From Microthyrium microscopicum (Eukaryota), in assembly GCA_010405405.1 (NCBI GenBank), contig MU004234.1, forward strand, positions 2,267,697 through 2,331,696: a stretch of 64,000 nt of DNA. The letters are read 5' to 3'. Below, in pieces: positions 12,183-25,945 of this stretch. The position numbers and the translations under genes were made by a program. The stretch's first letter is position 1; each line of letters opens with the position of its first letter. Below the pieces are notes generated by a model. It saw only the letters and a list, made by a program, of their open reading frames with translations. It made no database searches and was not told the DNA's origin.

Positions 12183-14511
12183 GTCTCCAAGGTTTCTGAT
12201 TTAGAGTGTTGAGAGATGCGTCAGTGGGTGGTCGAGTATATGTAAATAAATAATACGAGTTTAATATTACAAGAGGGCGGGAATTACTATTAAAACAAGA
12301 GGCATAGAACCAGGGTAAGTATTAATGAAGCAGTAAAGCTATTACTGGAAAAGATATTTTAATGGTTTGACACGCGGACAGTGTTAACCGCAGAGAATTA
12401 TAGAAGGGGAAGTAAGTGATGGGTCACTCTGAGGGCAGCGCAAGAGATTGAGCTGGTATTATCAAACCTATCCCCAAAGCATTCTTTGGCAATTCTCATT
12501 GCAGATCGAACCCTGGGTAGACTTGCCTTGAGCCGTCAAGCCCGTCAAGCGACAATCGCTTGCTCCGCCTTGAATTTGACTCCGGTCTGGTGGGTAGCCG
12601 GTTGCATGATCGCATCATTGTCCGACCACAGCTACGCGGAATTGTATGGACAGTGCATGTTAGACTTCAGAAGCCATCTCCTTTGATGCAAAGGAGTCTA
12701 ACGAAAAGTGTCAGGGATCAGCATATCTCAGCGTATCGAGGTGGCTCAGTACGGGATGGACTTGAGCTTGTCATGTCGGAGGCTATTTCATGCGAGGAGA
12801 GAAAAGGTAGCAAAATCATCCATTTTGGTACAAGCTATCATACAAAGTGAAGTCGGACGGTGAGGTGAAGTTGGGGAGCCGGCAGGCACATTTAGATGTA
12901 ATGAAGAGGCGCTCGCAGTAGAGAGGATCTAACGATTGGTAGCAGTGGCTTTGTCAGATCAAAAAAGAACTGGCTTCTCGTGGTGGAAGTTGATTCGCGG
13001 GTTGTGAGGCCAGGATTGCTGAGAAAGCATGCACACAGCCAACAGCGAACAAGAGTCAAGAGAAGACTGGAATCGCGGAGAGTCGGGATTAATTGTTGAG
13101 AACATGCACATCGTATCCTTTTGCAGGAGCTTTACTTAGAAAACGGCTTGAAGATAGGCTGAACTAAGAGCAACTAACTGTGGGAGAGGAGTTGAATTGG
13201 CTGAAGGTTAAAGCTTCTTTGTACGCCCGCATACACTAAACCTAAAAAGGGAGAAAAAGAGCCAATGGCAACATGTCCCGGATCGGCAGTGGCTTTCTCT
13301 CAATGCCAAGGATAAACCCTGCCCCGTTGCAACTTCTGCCACCACTTGCTTGAAGCCTTTCTCTCCCAGACTCTCCCCACCAAACAAAGGAAGCCTTCAA
13401 CGTCCACCAGTGTCACCAAAAAAGCCATTTCCCTTGTGACAGCAAAGCCCGCCGTTGAACATTTAAAATTACGCGGTTATTTCTGTCTCCGAGCACGCGC
13501 GCAAGGAGCTGCCAAATTTAAAATCTCGTCGCATAATCGCATTACGCTGTGGCACTCATCATTCCCCGTGCGGTACCTGTCATTCTGTTTTTGCTGCCCA
13601 GTGCCACCCACAGTGAGCCTCCACAATCTGATACACTAGTCGATGTGTATTTCGAGTCAATTTGCACTGCATCTCTTAACCTTTGCTACCGTCTCAAGTA
13701 CCTGCCCCTTGCTTAATCTTTATTCCTTCCTCCAGTTCAAGCTGCGCAGCTCGAATCTATCTTCTACAATTTGAAACATCCAGATACCGGACCGAACGCA
13801 TGCTAAGCAAGCAGGATCTTCCATCTGCCGTTAAGCACATAGTCTGCCTGCACCAAGCGCCGATAGTCTTGAATCCTTGTCTGAAAAGCCCATGTAGATC
13901 ACCACCGGAATTGATAAGGGGGATCGCCGGCACCATCGCCAGCAATTGGCCATGTCAGCCGCCACGTCCAGCGAGGTACCGTGCAAAGGGAGTTTGTTGA
14001 CTGCTTTTGTCTTCCTTGCTTGAAATTGCGGAAGATCGACAAAACCCGTACGGAAGAGAGCGGAAACGCAGAAACACGAAACATCGTTCGCTGTACCATG
14101 CACGCGCTGCAAGCGTCGCACCACCATTTTAACCAACTGCAGAATATGCCATTAATTATTTTTGTTCGATTTTTATCAAGAGCATGTGCGAAAATTTGTT
14201 ATTTGCCTTCTGATATATGAAGTAAAATCTCACACGAGCCGCTTAAAAACCAACCTCGTGAATCTCGTGTTACTAACCAAAAATTCCATATATTCATATA
14301 TTTTATAGATTGCCATATCAAAAAGAGCTTGGATATCCGTTCGCTTATTTCCATCCAGGACCCCAACACATCATCTCATTTAAGGAAATCCAGGAACAAT
14401 CTCTCCTCGATGCGGTGATTTCCGCTCAACCAGGTTACAAATCTCTCTTAGAAGGCGGTGTTATCCGTTCAGGCCCAGGGGCTTGCTTGCATACCATGAA
14501 TCTGAGAAAAA

Positions 14512-15852
14512 TCACAAGCGTGGCGAGAATCTCATCTGAGCTGCTCCAACATCGTGCACCACAACAAGACTGTTCATGAACGTTTCTCCAAGAATACCAG
14601 CCATGCCACCTGATCCGAACCCAGCCAGTGTTGCTGGTTGTATGCCCAAAACGCATAGAGGCGCACCTGTATCATCAACGAGTTGTAGGACGATATTCTC
14701 AGGCGTCATTGTCAGAACTCTTCCCCCGATTTTGATTCCAAAGTCTGGCGCTTTGGCATTACACGCAAGTGTGTACAGATTACCCAGACTAGGTTCCTTG
14801 ATCGCCGGCGGATTGAATTGCTTTGCAACGGCGTCAACGACCGCATCGTTGATATATGTCAATGTCGTTCCGCTGTCGACAATATACATGTCCGGCTGAC
14901 TGGCTGCCGCGCCGTCGTATGAAAAGGCATCTGGCGTGATGGAGTAGAATCCATACTTGACATCGCCATTCCTAAACGTCGTCATGGTAATAGGCGTGCT
15001 AGCAAACTTGCCGTCCGTGATGACGGGTGGGAGTCCTCCAAAGCTGACATAGCTGGTGCCGTTGCGCACCAAGCTTGTAGTGAACATGAACGCAGATAGG
15101 CCCTGTTTCCACATGGTCGTAAACAATGGATCGTACGTCGTCGCCGTACTGCTACCGGTTGGAAAAGCGCTCGTCAAGCCTGGATATGCTAATCCAAGTA
15201 AGCCAGAACTAGCACCCACACCATTCCAATACGATGCGTTCGCAAGTGCAACCTATACCCACCATCAGTGTCCGACTTCATCTCTCATTCTGGAATACAA
15301 ACGTACCTGCTGATGCCGAACGGTAAGCCCAGCAATCGTAACATTCAAAAAGCCAAATAAGCCCCTCGCATACGTCCCATCCCCATAATTCACCCTCAGA
15401 TCCAAATCCGGCAGTTTATCACCCGGTGGAAAGTCGCCATTGAACGTCGGTCCAAAACCACATAGCTGCGACGGAGCTAGTGTGCCAAACTGCGAAAAGC
15501 AGGCGAAGTCAGACTTGACGACCCATGTGTCGCTGCTGCCTGTGTCGAAGACTAGCCAGGTGGACTGGCCGTTCAGTTGGACTTGCGCTACGTACTGCGC
15601 TCCTTGGATGTTGCGGAGCTCCTGCGTGGCTGGGCCTTCTGTGCTGTTGGGACAGAGGGCGAGGGTGCGGCTTTGGGGGAGGGAGAATCTTTTGAGGGGG
15701 AGGTGGTTTTCTGTGATGGTGAGAGGGGCGTGTGGGGCGAAGGCTTCGATTTGGGTTGTTTCGATGTGCAGTGTGCCTCGCTTGTGGAGAGCTGGTGATG
15801 CGAGGGTTGTGCTCGCGAGCGCAATGGAGAAAAGGACTGATAGAGGACCCAT
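14512..15852 (-). CDS. Secreted pepsin-like aspartic protease (family A1)
   Basis: Signal peptide; FDTGSSDTWV, YGDG, GLLGL, IVDSGTT and ILG motifs; one intron ~15306-15254. Confidence 0.92.
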
Positions 15853-16729
15853 TTTGGAATCTCAGCGCAATGGTAAACGGGTGAAGTGAGTTTCTGTCTC
15901 CCATTGTCATCTTATACGCCGCTGTTGTTTACTTCAAATGCTGTTGTGAGCACACTGCACACGTGCTAAGAGATGTTGTCACACCAGAGCCGTCTGCACG
16001 GCGGGCCGTTGAGTACAGTTGTTGTCATACATTGTACAGGTGTATCTGGACACACGACCCCTCAAAGCTGCAAGACATTTCTGGACCATACCATAGGAAT
16101 AGATGCTGGACCGTAGCGTGGCATCCGATACGTGCGTTCAGTATAGAAGCAGAACACAGGAAGAGCATGGTTACAACTTCAACGATTATTGATTCTGTGA
16201 TGTTCTGGAATCAATGTGGTTGAGTGCATGGTTACACTCCCACAACACCACAATCCTTTAATCTCAGAGACGTGGAGATTACCATGTTGCTAGACTGCAA
16301 GCTAGAGTTGACGACATATTCTTGTGGTCCTAATGTCAGCAATGGCCCGAGGCATGTCAGATCTGTAGATATAAGGCTCCAGTCTCAGATCGTTGCGGTG
16401 CAGATTCAGGCCAATGGCTCCTCACGTCAGCAGATCGTGGATCGAGCCTTTAAGGCTCCTTGACATGTCTAAGATGCATTCAAACCATATCGTGGGGACG
16501 GCATCTTGCATAAATTCCCACGCGTATCCAAGATCTGGGTAGCACAGCCGCGGAAGTCTCAGTAGCCTAGGTGAATACAAACAAAACATGCTGTACTCCC
16601 TTCCCACTGCAGTGATCTTATTCTGGACGACAAAACATCCACGTCAAGCATTGCCAAGTAGGTACACTGTCGCATCCACGGCTTCATTCTCAACTGTCCA
16701 ATTCATATAATATCATGTTGTATTGATCA

Positions 16730-18421
16730 CTAGTCCTTGGCAGCATTTCCAGGCTCACCAAGGACTTCCTCCGCCGTTTCAACTAGTATCTCAAACGCCC
16801 TACGAATATACTTCTCTTCTGCAGCCGGACTCCCACTCACCACACGAATCGCGTATACACCGCCTATAACCGAGCTGGTGATATATATCTCGCCCTTCTC
16901 ATTCACCCGCTCATACATCTTCTGCGTCACCGCATTCGCCTCCATCAGCGCCTGCCCGCTCGCATCTGGCGTAAAGTCATTCAGATAGCGCTCGTGACTC
17001 GAATCCGGCAAATCCCCACGGGTCCCACCACCAGCCTTCCGTCTTGGCAGCACAGTAAACACCGTCAACGCAAACACTGGGCCAGTCAAGATTTCAAAGA
17101 CGTCTGGCCGCGTTTTGATGAGCGAGCCAAATATCTCGCCTAGCCGGATGTGACCGCGGATGTGCGCCTGTATGCCAGAAATGCCGTAGGAGCGTAGGAC
17201 AAACCAGACTTTCAGTGCGCGGAATCGTCGGCCTAGTGGGATTTGCCAATCGCGGTAGTCGGTTACTAGGCCAGAGTCTGAAAAGGCATTGCGGAGGTAG
17301 GATGGTGTGATGGACAGGGCGGTGGTGAGATCAGATCGCTTTTTGACATACATGCAACTATGGACGATATCATTAGTGCCTGTGTGATCGTGCCAATAGG
17401 CGGGGGATTGGAGAACGTTACCTGCAATCAAAGTTTGTCAACATCCATTTGTGCATGTTGACGTTGAAGCTGTCAAAGTGCACAAATGACTTTGTCAAAT
17501 GCTGGTACTCTGGCAGAACCAGCGCGGAGCCAGCATACGCTGCGTCGACGTGTACCCAGACGTCTGGCCAGTCTTTGAGCACTTCTGCGATGGCGTCGAA
17601 TTCGTCGACGGCACATGTGCCTGTAGTCCCTAGCGAGACGGTGATGTAGTAAGGAATCAGCCCATTCGCCTTACACTCCTCCAGCACGCGCTTGACCTCC
17701 GCGCCTTTCATGGCATAATTATCCTCCCTCTTCGTGCTCACCGTGCGAAACTTTGTGCCCGCGATAATCGCACCCTTCTGCGTAGAACTATGCGCCTGCT
17801 CACTGCCCAACGCAACCATCTTCCCCCTACACGCATCAATCCTATCCTCCGCCTCCTTCCCCTCTAATCCCTTTGCCTGTCTCCCCAAAGCTCTTTCTCG
17901 TGCCGCCACCATAACCGTAGCAATGACCTCGCTCGCCGTCCCCTGAATTACGCCCCCACCTTCTCCCTTACTCAGAAAACACTCCGGCAATCCCAACATC
18001 TGCGCCACCCAGTCCAACATCACCGTCTCCAATTCCGTGATGGCGGGGCTACATAGCCAATTGAATGCAGCGGCTGTAAATGCAGAGCTATACATTTCGC
18101 CAACGATGCCTGGGAAGGAGGCATTGGCGGGGAAGAAGGCCATGAAGTTTGGATGTTGCCAGTGAGTGAGGCCGGGCATAATCAGACGGTCTATGTCGGG
18201 TTGGATAGCGCTCCATGGTTCGCCGGTTGTTGGTGCGGTGGTGGGGAGTTGTGGTGCTAGGTAGCCTGGGGAGACGGAGGAGACTACTTGGCGGCTGGGG
18301 AGGGTGTTGTAGTATTCTATTACTGAAGAAGGGTTAGTGATTGTATGGATGTGTAGGGGACTCATGATATACTGTCTTCTATAGCGGCGTGAGCTGCTTC
18401 GCGGAATTGGTTGGTGTCCAT
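16730..18421 (-). CDS. PLP-dependent aromatic-L-amino-acid decarboxylase (group II)
   Basis: MDTNQFREAAH start, PGLTHWQHP, SPAITELE, HVDAAYAG, NMHKW (PLP Lys), DWQIPLGRRFRALK; two introns. Confidence 0.93.
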
Positions 18422-19083
18422 GATGCAGAGGAGTCACTGCACTCCCTCTTGACACGATCGACTTAGTCGACTTGGTCTTGAAGGATAGAAGTGATTTAGA
18501 CTTATACTGAGTTCCGACTGTTGTTTTCGAGACGTAATTGGCTCAGTGAGATTAAGTAGTTCTGGAAGCTTGTTAGCCTATGGCGAGAGCTCCGATTACG
18601 GTCAGCGAAGCTCCAAAGCTTGAAAACTAAAACACAGTCAATTTCAACTTGAACTGATTGATGCTATACTATCGTGCTGCCGTCAGAAAATTCCTTGAAC
18701 TTACTAAGTATTCAAGTATCTATAACGTAAATGGTTGTTTGTTGAACGAATATCACTTCAAATCAACGACCGTTACTACTCGGGACCTCAATAAGATATA
18801 CGCCCTATGCAAGGACGGCCAGGTCAAATTCACTATTCCACCACTTAAGGCTTTGATACTTCTGAATCATTTGCTGATCATTGCGTTGACTCGGAACGTT
18901 GCTGAGATATTGTCTCGTTCGTGAACAATATTGGTGGAGATATCTTGAACGTTCGCTATATTCCAAAGTGATAGCATTGAAGACTGTCTAAGAGCCATCA
19001 TATAAATCGCCAACTTTTCAAGCCCAGATCATACATGATGTACACAGTTGAGACAATCTCTGGGGTCGCTTCGAATATAAACC

Positions 19084-20098
19084 TCAAATGAAGAAGTCAA
19101 AGTTGTTATGGGCCGCCACATCCTTGATATCATCCCAAACCTTCTCAATCGCCTTGACTGTAGCAGACTTCAATGGGCCCTTCTTCAATCCATCAACGGA
19201 GGACTGGATTTGCTCAATCTTGCTGGCGCCCATGATCAAGTGATCTCCAAGATCAGGTTTCAAGGACGAGTGATAGTATACCCAGCGATACGCAAGCTCG
19301 TACTTGGTGCATCCTTCCTCCTCCGCGGCCTTTCCCCAATCGTCCAAGGCCTCGAGATATTGCGGTCTGACGTACATACTGCGGTACATCTTGTTGATTG
19401 GCGCATCGTTGTCAGCAAAGCGTCCAGCGTTGTTTGACTCCTCAATCTGCTGGCGGGTCTTCGCTAGAAAGCCGCCGGCAAGAGGAGAGTAGGCATAGAA
19501 GCAGATGCCAAGTTCACGCAGTGTCGGGAAGAGAAGCGTGTCGATCTTGCGAGCTACAGGATTGTAGTTGCCTTGATAGACGGTTGGCAAAACGTAGCCT
19601 TTGCTCTTTTGAAAGTCATAGACGGCTCTGACTTCCTCGGGAGAGAAGTTGGAGACACCAAATCGTTTGAAGAGACCTTCTTTGTGCAGCTCATCAATGG
19701 TTGGAAGCCAGGTCTCGATTGGACGTTTGCGATCAGGAGCGTGGATGTAGAAGATGTCGATTTGTTTGACTTTGAGTTTTTCTAGACTCTCCTTCGCAGT
19801 CTTCTTCAGGTGGCCAGGCTCCAGACTATCTGCATCCCCGAAGAAGCCACCAGGGTTCTTGGTAGAAACACTCAGACCTCTTTCCGCAGCTCCAGCATTA
19901 CTGCGTTTATGTGAGTTTGAGCAGGCTGATTCAAAGCAGAGAAACATACCCAATATCAACTTCGTTTTTCCCATCAGCATACATCTGTGCGGTATCAACC
20001 TCCTTGATTCCTGCATCCTTGACGACATCCAGAACTTTTGCCTGTGTCTCCGTCCCTCCAAACGCTGAGGTTCCGATAGAAAGGCTCAATCTAGACAT
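19084..20098 (-). CDS. Aldo-keto reductase, AKR7/aflatoxin B1 aldehyde reductase-like
   Basis: EVDTAQMY, IDIFYIHAPD, FGVSNF, PTVYQGNYN, YAYSPLAGGFL; one intron ~19949-19900. Confidence 0.9.
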
Positions 20099-21017
20099 TT
20101 TCAATGATGTAATACTTGGTTCGGTCTAGAGTGTTGAATTAGTTGGCTATGATGGTGGTTAGAACTCGGTTGAGGGATAGCGGGGTTGATTGAAGAAGAG
20201 TCGAGTGTGGAGTCAACTGAACCTTCCAATGATGAAATCATCAGCATTGACTCCACCCCCAGACTCCTTCCTTTTATAGGTTTTTATATAGCTCGGGGAT
20301 AGGCAATAGCTATCGTCTGTCATACATCAGGTAGCTCCAAAGCACAGGAGACCTTTTTGAGCTTAGCTAACTTACAGCAACGCTCATTACTAATGATTCC
20401 TACAGATTTTGATCAAGTTAATTTGTTAAAACCTTGGGAAGACTTGTATCGGAAGCATGGTTGAATGAAACAGAGCCTGTTCCTCTCCGTGGATTTGTAA
20501 GCCAGTCGTACGATAGTCGTTAGCCATTTCGCTGAGCAAAGTAGCCATTTAAGGCTCTGGAAATATCGTAAATGCTTTGAAAGACTTCGCACCTCTCAGT
20601 GATGTAAGGTATTGCTGTTGCTGAAGAAGCCAGTATCCAAGAGCAGGGCGACCTCTCTGGCGAAAAAAAGAATGAGCTATTTCAGCTTTGGGATACTTCC
20701 ATCCATCACGATGTCTACCATGACCATTATTAAAGGGTTACTAGAGCCATGTCCCTTCATAGTTCATAGTCTTGTATGCATTCGATTCTAGACGTGTTAG
20801 CATGAAGAGAAAAGGATGAAGTTGGTATGTGATTGTCAACGTCATTCTTGTAAAATGGGGACCCAGGATCACGCGAGTATCAGCGCAGCCACCAAAACAA
20901 CGCGTTCTATCTTACAACTTGTTCCAATCTGCGGTCAACTAATTTATTTTTTCAAACTGACCGTGACTTTCTACTCCCGATTACATCGCCAGATCTTCGT
21001 CCATAAAATTGATTGTG

Positions 21018-22426
21018 ATGACTCGAGCCAAACGACCTCTCGCGGAAGTTGACACCAACACCGCGTCACAGTCTTCGACGACCAACAAACGTGCCAAAGG
21101 AAGCACCAAAACTGCCAAAACCATGGTAATTGTTCCCCATTAATGCCACATGTCGGAAAACAAATCAATCCTGAAAATATCTGCTCGATTGACCATGCTT
21201 GTTGATGGCTATAGCATTCTGTTCGATGACCGACGTCAACTGCATATGTCTACTACCAGCTCTAGACTGATTCACTGACGAGCTACAGCCTTCGACAGCC
21301 GAGACTCCTCTCGCCTCGGGCATTACGCAGGATGAATTCCTTACATTTGCGCGCCCAGTATTTGACCGTCGCGACGAGTTTGAAGCTGACGAGAACTTCG
21401 ACGAGGACGATGAAGAAGCAATTGACGCCATCAATAAGCAGATGGAAGAGGACATCGAAAAGTATAGGGGCAAATCCCTTCGCGAATACCCAGACCATAA
21501 GTGGACGGCATCTAAGCAGGCCAAATTACTAGTTGGAAAGTATGCACTACAAAGCGACAAGTGCGACCAAGATAAATACGACATGTATTTTTATAACGAT
21601 TTCACTGCTTATGGCGAACAAGAAATCGTGGAAAATATGGTAATGTTACGCAAATTACTTATTGTTATGAAGTCTGCCTAACATCCCAAAAGATCGTCGA
21701 CTTCGCCACCGAGTTCAAGAAGAAGACTCGGTCTCCTCTTGCCATCTGGTCGTGTATTGAGGCCGCTCAACTGCATTTGAACATACATGGCACTGAGATA
21801 TGGTATAGTACGTGAATGCTTCTACTCTAGGATCATCCCGTCCATAACTAATCCCTTGAAGCGTCCGATGACGGTGACCGCGTTGCTAAATCAGCCATCA
21901 TGCTAGCCAGCGCATTACTTGCGGCTCTTGGTGTCCTTAAGCAGGAAGACTTACTCAAACCTGCTTCGCCTATCCCAAACATCTCTCTTGTGGTTGCCAT
22001 GTTCTTTCGATGGATCACCGACTTTGAAAATATAGATGAGGATGAGCCAGCCATTGCCATGATCATTGCTCTCATGAAAGAACAAGGCCTCGAGATTGCC
22101 GGTCTTCATGACGTCGAATTCATGTCAAAATTTGACGAAGAAATTGACGATGATGAGATGGAGCGTGTGAAGAGCAACAAGAAGGCTAGAGATCCATTCG
22201 GCTTCTTGGACAAGGTGAGTTCAACCAGCATTCTATCCTTCCGATCGCTAATCGCCATTAGTATAAACTTTACGTCGAGGGCTATGGCACTCCAAAGATT
22301 GGTGGGTCTAAATTTGACCTTACCAAGTTGTCCAAAGCGGAGCGCAAGGAGGCTCACTTTGACAAAAAGGATCCATTCGCTGATGCGCCAGCGGGCTACT
22401 TCACAACTCCTCCAACAATCATTTGA
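21018..22426 (+). CDS. Multi-exon hypothetical protein, paralog of 5031-6437
   Basis: MTRAKRPLAEVDTN start; FLTFARPVFDRRDE, YFYNDFTAYGEQEIVENM, PIPNISLVVAM; ends FTTPPTII*; intron positions shared with the paralog. Confidence 0.8.
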
Positions 22427-22876
22427 ACACGACAATTGAATTAGGGCGGTGCTTGATATCACCTCGATTGTGAAAAGAATGATAGTAAAGCGTGGGAGTG
22501 ATTGGAGAGCCTGCGGAACCTTGTTATATCAAGGGTCGCCCTAGATATATGGACCATGGTTGAGCTTCGCACCATTTGGCATTATTTTCAATATTCAGCA
22601 ACTCATAACAAGTTCAGGCCAATCAAATGCTTTAGATTTCTACGAAACATCTGGGGAAGTTGTGCCAGCAAACATGCACCATGCACATAACTCTGGTAAG
22701 GTAGACTATGCTGTGAGAAACCATAGTTATGAGCCTATCACTAGGTACCGATTATGCTCTTGACTTCCATATAAGTAATGCGCTTTCGTCAGTTCATCAC
22801 CCGCCAGTACTCAGATTTCCCCCATCGCTTGGGCACTGCCTCCATCACTGAGTCTACGACTGTCAACATCCCCAAA

Positions 22877-23757
22877 ATGGATTCCTCTCGGGCCTCTCTA
22901 ACCACCATCCCTGCAGAACTTATCTACATGATCGCTGAATACCTCTCGCCTACAGACAAGGTCCACCTCCTTCAACTGCAAAATAAACATATCACCGAGT
23001 CTTTTTATTGGCCAACAAATGCTGAGCTGATCAAAGAAGCTGAAGAAGCGGACGATTCTTCACACCGCGGACATCGACGGAGCAATGTCCGTAAACGGGA
23101 CAATATCAAATGGATCCGGTGCTCGCAATGTCACATTTACAAGTCACAAGATGCCTATCGATTCGCAGCCATTGCTCTCCCGGAAAAGCTCAAAGGCTCC
23201 AAGAAGTCTCGCGCAAGTAGGAAAGCATTGACGATTGCTAGTATGTTCAGACGAGCTGTCATATATGCCTGGAATGACAAGATACTTCCCAACTTGCCAG
23301 TGTGCAATGATTGCCGACCAGTCACACATTTCGGGAAGGAATCTCGTGTGCACAATCGTCAACTTGCTGTTGAGATGTAAATAATCTTCCATTTCAGTTG
23401 CTTAATCGTTCATCTTGCTAACTGCTTCTCAGATCAGTCATCAATCAATGTGTCGATGAAGCTACGGCCTGCACCTTGCAAAATTGTCTTCGACGATGCG
23501 TCGTGCCTGTAGTCGGTAATAAGCGAATACCACAGTGGATTCCAGGCTTAACGGCCACGTTTCTGTGGCTTCTTTTTGATCGAAGAAATTTATACCAAGA
23601 TACCTCGGCGATGGATGGTGAGGATGGAATATCTTGGGTGGAAATGCTGGCGTTTATCATGGAGGACGAATTCAACCTCACGCGGAAAGGTAAGCGCGCA
23701 GCTTCCAGCACCAGAGGGCAGAGTAAGAAGCAGAAAACAAGAGTCTTAGGCCTGTAG
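22877..23757 (+). CDS. F-box-like N-terminus plus two CxxC motifs, hypothetical protein
   Basis: SLTTIPAELIYMIAEYL (F-box-like), CSQC and CNDC; intron 23377-23432 joins in frame to the 23476-23757 ORF. Confidence 0.7.
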
Positions 23758-24604
23758 CTTTGAAGGATAACCCTTATCGAGTTCACGAAAACTATCTCGC
23801 TCGTCAAGCATTCATGGCATAACAGGCATCTCCTGGATTGCGGTACATCTGAGCGGATAAACTTGGGAGGTGAAAGTAATTTGCTGGGAATGGGCAAGGG
23901 AATCTTGAGGTTGAGGTATAGCATGGATATGCATGGGCAATTTAATTTAATTCGCTCAGGTGTCGTACTCTACTAGACAGAAGATCTACTGGGTGCTTTC
24001 ATTTAATAACCAAATCTTGGGTTGCAAACTACTTGTATCTGCTAAGATGCCCCCGTGATAAACCACATTTCCTGGCCAAAATCAATGAAACCAAAAGGTA
24101 TCATGTTCCCTATCGCACTCGATGGCTGTTGTAAGATGCCTCTCCCATCTAGGGCTCTGGATACCATCAGACGCGATGTTTTGTGGTGTAATCTTGAAAC
24201 GACCGGTTGGTCTTTTCGGAGCGTCGGGTGTTAGCTTTTAAATGTAATCTTAGATTGACCGATTTTAGGTGGTCTTAGAGAATCGAGGAAGTTTTTGCAT
24301 TGCTCCAGCTCTTCTACCACTTCCAATTCCCTGAAGATTAGGCAACTACAGTAAGCAGGAACAGGCTGGGCACTTAGGCAGGAGCTCCCAGCGTTGTATC
24401 ACGATATAGCTCGTGTACTATGTACGGCTAGAAGCTTCAATGTTCCTCACATAGTTTTCTACACCTCCTTTGACCATTGCTTACTATACCTCATCTGGTT
24501 ATTATTTTGCCGACTCTCGTCTGATGATTGTTTCCTAAACTTTACTCGACCATACACGACTTCTGCGACCACAAAATCCGTCCCGATTCCATCTCACACA
24601 TACA

Positions 24605-25878
24605 ATGGCCCTAAATACCCGTATGACATTCTCGCGCACACATCTATCTGTCTTGCCAGGGGATGTCCTACGCGAGATGGCCGCAGACTACCTGTCTCCA
24701 TGGGATACCATCAATCTACATATGCTCGGCGACGGGCATATCAGTAGTAACCTTGACCTACCGACCACGCGCAGCTGATCGAATCCATTCCAAATCTTCC
24801 AGAGACTTACCCCCAGGCAGTGCGAGGAAACTCTGATCAATGCTCATATCTTTGGGCAAGTGACAAGGTTATACAGTAAGCCAGCTTTTCCAGAGATAAC
24901 CCTGAAGCTGATGGACACGCAGTGCAGTGAATGCCAGCAATGCCTACCACGAAAAGCCTATCGACTTCTGTATCTCCCGAATCTACTCCCATTAAGAGAC
25001 AAGAGGCCATATCAATCAAAGAAGTACAGCCGCGAAGACCACCGACTGGCAAGGATATTTGCCGAAGCTTGCTCAGAGGCTTGGTTAGATACTGTTGCTG
25101 CTGAGCACGCAGTGTGCAATAACTGCAGACCGACTCAGGTAGGCAGTGGAGATCTATCACCTCTGGACGGCGAGCTGTAAGTCAACAAGCATATCAAAAT
25201 CCTGTTCTTTGATCTTCGTGTTTTGACACTTTAGAATCTGGCTGCATCATCACCAAAGCTATTGATACGAAACATTCAGACGTGATAGCATGTATAACTG
25301 GGTCGAATTTGTCAATATTTTTCGGCCAGCCGGCCAACCTCGACGACTTTACCTTGCGCCGCTCGCCTGACTTAGCAACTTATTTTATTCGACAATTGCT
25401 AGAGGATTCGGTCCTGCGAGATGAGAACTCTACGGCAGATGCCTACAGCTACAGAACTAGGCACGATACGAAAAGGAAAATTAGACGTGCCTTGAAGTGG
25501 CTTAAGGTCCATGCATTCTCTCAGAAACCAACAGCAATCTGGCGTTTACATACACCATACGCTTCAAATGGGTCTAAGCTCATCGATGCACTCAGGTTGC
25601 CGGATAAGACATGCTGCGTATATCGCTGGGCAGGGTTCGAAATCAATGCCATGGAGTTCCTTTCACAGCAGTGGAAAGAAAGCGTTCCAAAGATGCTCAA
25701 AATTATTGAAAAAACTAGGGACAGAGACCAGATTCAAGACGAGGTATTTTTCGAAAGAAATCTTCTGTCTTGTCTGGCTGACGTGATTCGACCATGGAGA
25801 ATTTCACAAGGACGTGGCTATGTTATCTCAGTGTACTCAGACCCTCAGAGAGGTGTTTATCTAACCCTATCGGGTTAG
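24605..25878 (+). pseudogene. Disrupted paralog of the F-box-like/CxxC gene
   Basis: LSVLPGDVLREMAADYLSP, CSEC and CNNCRP match the neighbour; in-frame TGA at 24776-24778; predicted intron 25177-25234 does not restore frame; 3' end runs into the transposon end. Confidence 0.65.
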
Positions 25879-25945
25879 ATAGTATTCTATCTCCTTAACA
25901 ACCAATAACAATACCCTCAAATAAACACCTCTCTAAGGGTCTGAG
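25836..25945. repeat. 25-bp inverted repeat enclosing a 10-bp-stem hairpin
   Basis: CTCAGACCCTCAGAGAGGTGTTTAT (25836-25860) vs ATAAACACCTCTCTAAGGGTCTGAG (25921-25945), 24/25; TATCTAACCC-tatc-GGGTTAGATA at 25858-25881. Confidence 0.9.

Noticed and set aside
12200..14500. Many 60-105 aa ORFs
   Set aside because: Overlapping, mostly non-ATG starts, no domain signal; likely promoter/intergenic DNA
25859..25880. CTAACCCTA/GGGTTAG resembling telomeric repeats
   Set aside because: Under two units; explained as the hairpin stem
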